The notes under the pieces: generated by a model | Told to the model about the DNA's origin: nothing | The model's database searches: none | Seen by the model: the letters and a program-made list of their open reading frames with translations, nothing else | Shown: piece after piece, positions 37,363-47,561 of the stretch | Numbering within the stretch: the first letter of the stretch is position 1 | Layout of the letters: each line of letters starts with the position of its first letter | Position numbers and translations under genes: made by a program | From: Mobula hypostoma | Taxonomy: Eukaryota | DNA length: 64,000 nucleotides | Direction: 5' to 3' | Assembly: GCF_963921235.1 (NCBI RefSeq) | Contig: NC_086097.1 | Location: forward strand, 40,364,001-40,428,000

Positions 37363-37769
37363 CAAAATACACATGGACTAAGATGTTAACTGTCCTGTGC
37401 TATCACCTGTGGGATCATCAGTTGATCTGCCACCTGTCTTCAGGAGTTTCGGCCCGCTTATGATCAAGACTCCCTCGAGGTGGTGGGCCAGCAGTGCTAA
37501 AGCACCACCTCCCACTGGTGAGCTTAAAAACTTGACATCTGCCTCTATCAGAGTTGTTGGTCACTTCCATCCAACAGATAGTCTGCTCTTCAGGTGTCTA
37601 TGCAACTACTGAAGGGTTTGCAAGATATGTATACACTGTCTGACTATCTGCCCCTCTGGACATACTTGGTCCACACCCATGCTGATCCTTTCTCTGCTGC
37701 CTCAGCTACAGCCCTGCTGGTTGACTTGATCTCTCTTCTAGTGAAGCCAAGGTCACACAGCCACTTCTG
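37363..37769 (-). mobile_element. 5'-truncated HERO-like (RLE-type non-LTR) element 3' end
   Basis: 37769-37644 translates QKWLCDLGFTRREIKSTSRAVAEAAEKGSAWVWTKYVQRGR*, which parallels TTDAAERASRWLWLKR at the end of the element at 52-54 kb. The two share a 3' UTR fold. Confidence 0.7.
37403..37521 (-). ncRNA. Non-circularly permuted hammerhead-like RNA with a k-turn
   Basis: CUGAUGA (37421-37415), GAAA (37450-37447) and GUC (37470-37468). Stem I is UUGAUC/GAUCAA and stem III is GGGAG/CUCCU; four further helices are present. Confidence 0.7.
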
Positions 37770-38049
37770 GTTATTCCTCCAATGGCTTGATCCAGATCTC
37801 TTCACATTGTTTTATCCACTTGTCATGTGCCTTGGGATGCATTTAAGATAATTGGGGGAAAAAACAGATCAAAATTGTTCTTATCCAAAATATACTACAT
37901 GGAACGGATAATGGAAACAAAGCTAACAGTAGTCCTTAAAGGGATACCAGTTCATACTTGAAAAGGAAAAGCAATTGCAAAGTTGAAGGAATAGACCAAG
38001 GATTATGTGGAAAGTTCTAACTAGTTCTTCAAAGAACCAATATTCATAG

Positions 38050-38630
38050 GTCAAAGTAAGTTTAGTATCAATATTTGTAAGTGTTGAGATTTACTTACTT
38101 GCAGATGTTTATGGGGAGTATCGATATACAGTGGAATTTATGAAAAACTATGCATTATCTGACAAATTTTGCACAGCATTGGCTGTACAGCCAATGTGCA
38201 AAAGAAGACAAACTGTGCATGCAAATAAAAAATAATACTGAGAACATGTATTATAAAGAGTCCTTGAAAGTGAGTCTGTAGGTTGTAGAATCAGTTCAGA
38301 GTAGTGGTGCAAACAACAGGAATTCTGCAGATGCTGGAAATTCAAGCAACACACATAAAAGTTGCTGGTGAACGCAGCAGGCCAGGCAGCATCTGTAGGA
38401 AGAGGTGCAGTCGACGTTTCAGGCCAAAGGGTCTCGGCCTGAAACGTTGACTGCACCTCTTCCTACAGATGCTGTCTGGCCTGCTGCATTCACCAGCAAC
38501 TTTTATGTGTGTTGTCAGAGTAGTGGTGGCTCATTTTTCCACACCATTTCAGGAGCTTGATGGTTGTAGAGTAATAACTGTTCCTGAACTTGACTGTGTG
38601 GGACCTAATGCTTCTGTACCTCATGCAAGA
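38050..38630 (-). mobile_element. Rex1-like 3' tail interrupted by a Penelope hairpin
   Basis: Homologous to the tail at 57636-58020. Translates YRSIRSHTVKFRNSYYSTTIKLL. Confidence 0.7.
38310..38514. mobile_element. Miniature fold-back Penelope pLTR insertion
   Basis: 79-bp arms at 38347-38425 and 38436-38514 with a 10-nt loop. Perfect 14-bp TSD TCAGAGTAGTGGTG (38296-38309 / 38515-38528). Confidence 0.9.
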
Positions 38631-38909
38631 GCAAAAACAGTTTCTCAATGGCCTCCTTCTATGGTTCTCATTCTTCACAAGATTAGAATATTTGGTTAGC
38701 CTGGGTCATTTGGTTCAGGTCTTACTGATCAGCTACAGGCATTTGCTGCCAGAATTTTATTTGTGAAAGACAGGTTGAAATGAATGTTTTGTAAACAATG
38801 AAAAACAATGGTACTTAGACGCCACACAAGTATCTGTTTATTGTTGTCCTCCTGTCGGGCTGGTTGACTTCACTATACATTTTGAAAATATGGTCACTTT
38901 GAAATAGAG

Positions 38910-39670
38910 ACCAGAAGACCATAAGATATAGGAGCAGAATTATGCTATTTGGCCCATCATGTCTGCTGTACAATTTCATTATGACTGATCCAATTTCCTC
39001 TCAGCCCCAGTCTCCTGCCTTCTCCCCGTACCCTTTCATGCCCTGACCAATCAAAGAATCTCTCAACCTCTGCCTTGAATATACATAAAGACGGGCCGGC
39101 TGGTGGCGCAATGACATCAGCGCCGGACCCGGGACCGGAGGTTTCCCGCTTTGAAACTAGTCGGGTCTGCCCCCGACTACGCTTTCCATCCGTGCCGGGT
39201 TGAGAGTTGAGATCGCAACTTGACCTCGTAAAATAAATGGAAAATACTGCGAAAATGTCTGTTTGAGGATTGGTGCACCACACAGCCTCTCTCTCACTCA
39301 GCGCCTTGTAAAAAAAGCCATGAAAAATCCATCATCACGGACACACAGACGCGCACACACCGACGCGCACCCACGCAGGCACACGTCAAATAAAAAGAAT
39401 ATGCATAAAGACTTGCCCTCCACAGCTTCCAATGCCAAAGAATTCCATGGATTCACCACTCTCTGGCTAAAGAAATTATTTCTCATCTCCGTTCTAAAAC
39501 AATGCCATTCTATTCTGAGGCTGCATCCTCTGATCTTAGACTCTTCTACTATAGGAAACTTCCTTTTCATGTCCACTCTATCAAGGTCTTTCACCATTCG
39601 ATAGGTTTCAATTGAATCACCCCTCATTCTGCTGAATTCCAGTGAATACAGGTCCAGAGCCATCAAACAT
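38910..39670 (-). mobile_element. CR1 3' end interrupted by a SINE
   Basis: LYSLEFSRMRGDSIETY..NFFSQRVVNPWNSL; (TCTTATGG)-type tail. Confidence 0.85.
39093..39396 (+). mobile_element. tRNA-derived SINE with a CA-rich/A tail
   Basis: Head GGCTGGTGGCGCAATGACATCAGCGCCGG and core CCATCCGTGCCGGGTTGA..GCAACTTGACCTCGTAAAA. 16-bp TSD GAATATRCATAAAGAC (39077-39092 / 39397-39412). Confidence 0.85.
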
Positions 39671-41076
39671 TCTTTGGCCAAGCCTTTGGACAAGGCCTGA
39701 TTCGATATTGCGAACTAATCTTTTTTTTCACACTTCAAATTTTCCTGAATCTTCGAATTCAAATGAGAAAAAAGAATAATTTCTTGCTGTGAGGTAACTC
39801 AAGGCATTGTGTTCTGGGAAATCAGTTGGAGTCAGCATCAGCCACAGTTCAGAAACGTGAATTGTGCCTAAGAGAGATGTAGCAAGAGACAAATTTTCCT
39901 AAATTATTACAATTAAATGAATTTACCATGATCTTTGAAGAAATTCATTCCAGCAACCAATATAATAAAAAAACATAAAAAATACCTACACAAAAGACTT
40001 CAACTACCAATTAGTGCAGACTATCGCTTTTTGTATGTGACAGTTGAAATCAATTCCTTGTCTAATTTTACCTTATACGGCCTTGAACATTCTACCTCCT
40101 GTGTTTCTTTGTAATAATTGCACATCATGTCAAGACAAGCAAAAACGTGTTCTTTTTGTGCACAGAAATTGGATGGGACAATGTACCATTTTCCCCTCCA
40201 AATCCTCTGTAATTAGTTTTGAACTAACATAATGAAAAGGACCCAGGGGTTTGTTGTTTGAAATACAAATAGCTTAATTTTTTCTCTTTTGTGCAATTTA
40301 CTTTTTGTCATGAAGGAAATCTCTTTCTGGAGATCACTTTCAAGTTTCTGGAGCTAAGAAACAACATATACGGCATAGTCTTCCTACATCTGCTCTGCAT
40401 ACAGTGAAGAAAATTTTCCTGTGAGTTTATGCACCAATAGTTCTAAATTCTTTGCCTTATTTTTCTGACAATGTTCTCCCCATCCTTCTCATAGCAAAGA
40501 CTGTTTCTTTCTTTCTTGTAGTCATTCAATACCTTACCACAGTCATCATTCAATGATGGTGACTTCCAGCAAGCTAAATGACAACATGAGAATATTTTGA
40601 ACAATAAAATCAGTTCAACTCTCAATTCAACAATCACTGATCAGCACCTATAGAGTTTAACAGTAATCACCAGAGCAGAAAAATATAGAATGGATCAGCT
40701 GCTCAGCCCATCAAACCTGCTCTGTTAATGTGCTGGTGTGTTACAAATTCTCATGCTTTTTCTTCATCTCTCACTTCCCAAGCAACAGTCTAATAGCTCA
40801 CAGCTTTCAGTGCAAAACTTCTCAAATTCATACAGTCCAGGTTATAAAGACCATGAACCTAACCTGATAAGTCATGATCATATTGACAGTCAGGACTTGC
40901 TTGAGAGAGCAGGCAACCCATTCCCGCTGCTATTTTTCAGGGTGTTCTTATGAAACACCCTGGTGTGCTTTCAGCACTGTCTAGCACAAAATGAAATTTG
41001 CAAGTTCAAAACACACCAGGGATCAAACATAAGATCTTCCTGATCTTTGAGTCTTATCCACTGAGGAATCTGTTTC

Positions 41077-44000
41077 TCTTTCAATATTTTTATTAGTTTC
41101 TGCATAGAAGAACACAGAGTACAAGAAGATATATATTATAAGACAAAAGAAAAAAATAAAATAGTACCAAATACATTGTATTAAAAATACAGTTACAATC
41201 ACACAATCCTGTATTCATAAAAATTAAATTAAATTGTAATATTGAAATATAATCATTTTGTTATACAGAAAAAAAGATCTAAACCCACTACCAAAGTCTG
41301 AGCTATTAGGAAAAGCAAGAAAAAAGGGGAAAAACCCTTATCATATAATAAAATATACTATCAGCCACCATCTGCACTTTTACAACAAATCAAAGGTTTT
41401 GAAAATAACACACAAATAGTCCCCACAATGTATAAAAGTCTTGGCTAGATTCAAAAACTGAATAACGGATCTTCTCCAAATTTAAGCATGACATAGCATC
41501 ACCTAACCATTGAGCATGAGTAGGCGAAACAGCATCCTTCCATTTAAGCAAGAGCGCTCTCCTAGCTATAAGAGAGACAAAAGCCAAAATATGCAAATCA
41601 GGTGTCTCCAAAATAAAGTCTTTTCCTCCAACAATACCAAATAATGTGTTCAAAGGGTTAGGCTGAAAATTTACCTTGAAAAGTACTGAGGTAGTTTGGA
41701 ATACTTCCTTCCAGTATCTTTCAAGGCCCGTCATGTCCAAGACATGTGAATCCATGAAGCTTCTCCATTATTACATCTATCACAGAAAGGAGATATATCC
41801 GAATAATAACAAGATAGCTTATCTTTAGACATGTGAGCCCTATGAAGCACTTTAAATTGTAAGAGGGAATGATGGGCACATAACGATGAAGTGTTAACCA
41901 ATTCAAAAATTTCTTTCCAAGTTTCCTCAGAGATTGAAGTCTGCAAATCTTGTTCCCCAAGATTTTTAATTTTGTCTATAGGAGCATTTCTCATTCCTAG
42001 TAACATACCATAAATATTGGATATTGAACCATTATAAAAAGGTTTCAAATTAAAAATTACATCTAATAAGTTCTTATCGAAACTGATAGGAAGTGTATAT
42101 AGTTGAGAACTCAGAAAGTCTCTAATTTGTAAATAACGAAAAAAGTAAGTTTTGGGTAAACTATACTTAGCTGACATTTGCTCAAACAAAAGAAGACTTC
42201 CTCCACAAACAAATCCTGGAAGCATCTAATACCCAATCTATCTCATTCTTTAAAAACTGCATCGGTCATCGAAGGTTTAAAAAAATAGAAAAAATGGGAC
42301 TAGACAAAGAAAATCTCAATAGACCAAAGAATTTCCTAAATTGTACCCATATCCTCAAAGTATAGATAGATAGATAGATAGATAGATATACTTCATTAAT
42401 CCCGAGGGAAATTTGGTTTCGTTACAGCCGCACCAACCAAGAATAGAGCGTAAATATAGCAATACAAAAACCACAAACAATCAAACAACAAAATGCAAAC
42501 TATGCCAGATGGAAAATAAGTCCAGGACCAGTCTATTGGGTGTCTGATCCTCCATGGGAGGAGCTGCATGTTCGATGGCCACAGGCAGGAACGACCTCCC
42601 ATGCCACCCAATGTTGTATCTCGGTGGAATGTGGCCGAAGTCCAACAGTAAAAAGTTCAATATCCGGTCTACAAACACGTTCCTCGATCGTAATATACCC
42701 CGGATTGCACCATCTGTTGTTAACCAGATCAATAAGCACCCAACTCCTTTGCGCTTACCGCTCTCAGTGCACTTCTGGTCAGCCCGAACGGTATTACCCA
42801 CCGAACTCCTCTTCTCCAAAAGTCTTTGTTGTCTCAACCCGGTCCTCTTTCCTCACTTTGTGATCCCCCTCTGCATCCTCTGTGTGTTTTCCTCCGGATT
42901 TCAGCAGGGGTGTCCGCCGCTCTGCTCGCTAAACCAGCCGGCATTAGCTGGTCCCCGGAATACACAATGCGACCTTGCTTCCGTCTCACGTGTCGGGATG
43001 TAACCATTTCCAGCGCTAAAAAAGACCCAAATAAAACTCTGTCTGCCAGCATGTTAGAGAGGGTGCAGCTTCGACGTGTTACCGTGAGAGAAAAAAATAC
43101 AAAAAAATAACGTAGGTTAAAAAGTAAGAAGAAGAAAGTAAGAATAGATCGGAATGGCTGTACCAGGCTGCATGCATGACTGGCACATGCACACTTTTAT
43201 GTTAAAGTATGTATGTTTAACTACCAAATTTTCAGTTAGTTTACTAAAAGATAAAGAGAGTGGGGATCCGAGAAAAGAAATAATAGAAAATTTATTAACA
43301 GAGTTAGCTTCTAAAGAAACCCATATCATACAGTCCTCATGGTTAATACAATAGATCCAAAATTTAAGATTTCATATATTGACTGCCCAATAATGAAACC
43401 TAAAGTTTAGTAAAGCTAAACCTTCATTCTTTGATTTCTGAAGATGAACTTTATTTAGTCGAGAATGTTTGCTTTTCCATATATAAGAAGATATAATAGA
43501 ATCGAGAGAATCAAAAAAAGATTTAGGAATAAAAATGGGTAACGCCTGAAAAAGGTATAGGTAAAATGTTCATTTTAACAGAGTTGATTCGGCCATCAAG
43601 GATAACGAAAAAGGCGACCAGTTTGATAGTGTCCTTTTTACAAAATTCAGTAAGGTAAGAAAATTTTCATTAAATAGGTATTTACAATTCTTGGTAATTG
43701 TTACACCCAAATAGGTAAATTGATTTCTTACAATTTTAAAAGGAAGGTTAGTATTAATTGATAACAAATTATTCAGAGGAAAAAGTTCACTCTTAGGTAA
43801 ATTATGTTTGTATCCTGAAAACTGGCTAAAACAAGAAAGAAGAGAAAGCAGAGGAGGTAGTGATGTCTCGACATTAGAAATAAAAAGCAATAGGTCATCA
43901 GCATAAAGCGAAACTTTATGAACAGTCCCTCTCCTTAGAATACCAATAATATCATTAGATTCTCGGAAAGCAATGGCTAAGGGTTCCAAAGCCAAATCAA

Positions 44001-44998
44001 AGAGCAAAGGGCTTAGGGGACTATCTTGTCTGGTTCCACATTGAAGTCTAAAAGGTTTGGAATTCTGAAAATTAGTAAGGACCCTAACAGAAGGAGATAG
44101 ATAAAATAATTTAATCCATTGAATAAAATCGGGCCCAAAATTAAATTTTTCTAAAGTTTTAAATAAATAATTCCATTCAATCCGATCAAAAGCCTTCTCA
44201 GCGTCCAAAGAAATCACACATTCCGATATCTCCTTAGAAAGGGAATAAATAACGTTTAATAAATGATGAATATTAAAGTGGGAATATCGATTTTTAATAA
44301 ATCCCGTCTCATCATCAGAAATGATAGATGGTAAAATATTTTCAATTCTACAGGCCAGAACTTTAGATAGGATTTTAGTATCAACATTAAGTAAAAAGAT
44401 TGGTCTGTACGAAGAGCATTGGGTTGGGTTCTTATTCTTAAGCGAAATAGAAGCTTCATAAAAAGATTGTGGCAACCTACCCGACTTAAAGGAGTCTGAA
44501 AAAACTGCACATAAATGAGGCATGAGCAGTGAGGAAAAAGTCTTATAAAATTCTGCAGAAAATCCATCAAGATCCGTAGCCTTCCCCGAGTGCAAGGAAC
44601 GTACAGCCTTGGCAATTTCCTCATACGAAATAGGGTGATCCAACTGTTTTCGGTTATCAACAGAAAGTGTAGGAATGCTTAATTGATCTAAAAAATCATT
44701 CATTGCAGTGTTATCTTTGGGAGGGTCAGAACTATGAAGTTTAGAATAAAATTCTTTAAAAATATCGTTTATTTCTAAATGGTCAGTTGTCCTATCACCT
44801 TTGACTTTACAAATTCCTTTAATTTGCCGTTTAGCTATAAAGGTTTTTAAATGGTTAGCCAATAATTTACCTGATTTGTCTCTGTGGATATAAAATTGAC
44901 TTTTATCTTTTAAAAGTTGAGTTTCAGTTGAATATGTTAAAAGAAGATCATATTTAGTTTGAATTTCAACACACCTTTTATATAAAGCAGGACCTGGA
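41077..44998 (-). mobile_element. 5'-truncated L1/Tx1-clade LINE
   Basis: ORF 43570..44862 has YRPIFLLNVDTKIL, SLDAEKAFD, GTRQDSPLSPLLF and LYADD; the C-terminal cysteine motif is CDRC..HMSW. 13-bp TSD AGGAATCTGTTTC (41064-41076 / 44999-45011) at a TTTC/AAA site. Confidence 0.92.
42364..43200 (-). mobile_element. Internally deleted Rex1-like element nested in the L1
   Basis: The 5' region (IVYSGDQL..RGCRGG; LVNNRWCNPG..VGLRP) is joined at about 42630 to the 3' end (RSFLPVAI..., TTTCCCTCGGGAT, (TATC)n tail). Confidence 0.8.
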
Positions 44999-46202
44999 AG
45001 GAATCTGTTTCAAATTGTAATTGGCAGAAGTAAGTATGAATTTCCAAACTGGAAATCCCTCAGTTCTGGTCAACACAAATCAGGTACTTGCATTTTTATG
45101 CAGTTAAGCTATTTGTGTTTCAGTGCTGTATACTCAATTATTGCATGTCATGTTACGTACCCCGTAACTGGGTTGCCAAACCAGCAGAAATGGATCACTC
45201 AGTTGGAGTCTGGAGTACTAGAACTAAGAAAGTTTTATTAAGGAAACAAGCAACACAGTAATCGAAAGGATAATAAATGCAACAGTTCAGTGATGATAAA
45301 CACACATGTGCACAGAATTAAGATAACAGCATCAATCAAGCTCTATCGTTGTCTAGGGGTAAATGACCAATTTCAAAATGACTCAAAGTTCAGTCCAGTT
45401 TAGTAGTTCAGTTCGCAGTAATCGTTGCCATGGCGGTGGACAACGTGGGGGAAGAGAGAGATAGAATAGGAACAACTCATCATTCAGAACGGCTTCACTC
45501 ACAGACCAGCAAGATGGCTCACAGACCAGCGAGATGGCTCACAAACAGCTTTTGGGCAGGTCCTTGGTGATGTCACCTGAGGTCACCGACTGTGACCCCT
45601 CCTCCAGATGCGGTCGATCCTCTGCAGTGAACCCGGCACCCAGGCAAGGGCGGACACACACCGGGTTCCCGCTGATCGTACCTTTCCACCCTTGTCGTTG
45701 TCTGGGACTTCTCACCCACTCGTGAGAAGCGCACCGCTTCCAGGGTCTCGTTACCTCGGGTGGCGTGTGTGTCTGTCTTAGCGAACCTGTCCCTTTTTAT
45801 CCCCCTGCTGGGGTATCGCCTGTCCATCACTTCAAACAGTTCAGGGCTCAAAGGGGGGAGCCGCTCCAGACAGCTCTTCCTCCCACATCCCTTCATTACA
45901 CATCTCCAGACGCTGCTCCATTGTTCCTTATCTCTCCTTCCCCTGAGGGCAGGTGGCAGACCAACTGCTGATGCCACTGATGCTAGCCCAGGCCAGCAAA
46001 CATCTTAATTTTATGTGTATTCTCGTAACACTTCCCCCCTTTAAGGATTTTTACCGGGAGGTAAAAATTACAAACATGACTACATTATCTGATACATACA
46101 CAATATACATCTTTAACAGTTATTTAGCTAATACAGAGAATTTGAAGCTGTCAACACCTTGACAGACAGTCATCACATTTTCTGTTCCTTTTACACGTGT
46201 TA

Positions 46203-47561
46203 TTAATAATCCCTTAGACCAGGCTCCAACTCAGCAAACTTCATAGTGGCCAAAAACACTGATGAATTGCGACCAATGTAACCTCTCATTTGGTTTTGTC
46301 CCGGACCACAACAACAAGGGTCGTCCCATTCCGACTCAATTTTCCCTCGCAAGGGCTTAGTAGGAGGGGGACGGGTATTGACCGCAGAGTTATTGCAAAA
46401 CTTCCTGCAGTACCCCACCATCTCCAAAAGCCTTCTGAGGGCCCTCTTGTCTGTCGGGGTTGGGAGGTCAGCGATAGCCTGCACTGTAGCTTGCATCACT
46501 GCCAGCTGCCCCTGTGTCACCACAATTCCCAGGTAAGTGACATTCGTGTGGCCGAATTCATTTTTTCCAAGGCTCACTATCACGCTGGCTTCAGACAGCC
46601 GTATTAAATTGCCAATACACACCTCTGTGTTCATCAGCCCTTTAGTCACTGAATTACTCGAAAAATATGGGTGTTGTTTGCTTGGCCGCCCTATTGTAAC
46701 CGACATAACCCAACGTCCCAGTTCTTTGCATTTCCTCGGGACAATCAAACACATGGGTGCGAGTCGTTTAATTACTCCTTCGGGGATTAAGGGAGAGACC
46801 TTATCAGTAGACCTGGCCAAAACAATAGCCTTCTCCCATCTGACCGATCCCATCCTAATCTTTTCAAAATGGTTTTTTTCTCTTAGCAGGGGGCCCCTCG
46901 CTTCATTGATTTCCACGCTAACACCGACTAGGTTTGTTAGCATATCAAAAGCCGGTGACCGTCTCAGTTCGCGTCGGTCATGATCAATAACATTTTTCCC
47001 CCTGGGCAGCCGGTAAATCTCTTTCATGATTCCACCAACTGTTTCCTCCAGCACCGCAAAATGTCCACCGGGGGGTACCTCGTGGGCCATGTTAAAAACC
47101 TCATCCCCATAACTCTTTTGCACCACCCCCCACTCCTCATCTGCGGATGCTGTACTTGATTTCCCTTTCTTCCTTAGCACCTCCTTATCCGCACAATAGC
47201 TTGTCAAGGCTGTGTCAGAGAGAGCGGTCTCGGCAAAAACCATCAGCCCCTCGTCTCGCTCCTGCGTCTGCACAAATTCTTTCCCGGCTACTGCTACGTC
47301 CGTCCCAGCTCCCTCACTACCACTTATCTCACTACACCCTGTCTCATACAAGGTTGGCAGAAATGTTTCAGCCAAATTCACCATCGCGGGCGGGGCCTCC
47401 ATGCTGGCAGGCTGACCCGTCAATCTCACGACTGGGAACACGATTCCTCCGGCGATGTCATTACCGAGCAAGACCTCCACGTCTTTCATCGGTAATTCGG
47501 ACCTCACCCCGATCGTGACTAGTCCAGAGACCAGGTTGCTCTGTAAATGTATCTGGTGCAA
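46203..47561 (-). CDS. pol: Condensed, catalytically dead pol-derived ORF (protease C-half, integrase HH, RT and RNase H remnants), 452 aa
   Basis: LLGNDIAGG (protease end), AHEVPPGGH (integrase Zn), KQHPY, EVCIGNL in place of YIDD, VTYLG and MVGYCRKFC. Integrase precedes RT, the Gmr1 order. Confidence 0.7.
   Translation of the reverse strand: MHQIHLQSNLVSGLVTIGVRSELPMKDVEVLLGNDIAGGIVFPVVRLTGQPASMEAPPAMVNLAETFLPTLYETGCSEISGSEGAGTDVAVAGKEFVQTQERDEGLMVFAETALSDTALTSYCADKEVLRKKGKSSTASADEEWGVVQKSYGDEVFNMAHEVPPGGHFAVLEETVGGIMKEIYRLPRGKNVIDHDRRELRRSPAFDMLTNLVGVSVEINEARGPLLREKNHFEKIRMGSVRWEKAIVLARSTDKVSPLIPEGVIKRLAPMCLIVPRKCKELGRWVMSVTIGRPSKQHPYFSSNSVTKGLMNTEVCIGNLIRLSEASVIVSLGKNEFGHTNVTYLGIVVTQGQLAVMQATVQAIADLPTPTDKRALRRLLEMVGYCRKFCNNSAVNTRPPPTKPLRGKIESEWDDPCCCGPGQNQMRGYIGRNSSVFLATMKFAELEPGLRDY

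Noticed and set aside
37436..37443. Second hammerhead core CUGAAGA on the minus strand
   Set aside because: Its partner strand reads GAG, not GAAA, and there is no NUH site. The geometry fits a k-turn bulge plus G.A pairs better.
38310..38514. DNA-transposon MITE or pre-miRNA
   Set aside because: The arms are Penelope pLTR sequence with an asymmetric tail and a 14-bp TSD.
45534..46008. Duplicated short ORFs (also 49396-49870) as a gene duplication
   Set aside because: They lie within the two LTRs of one element.
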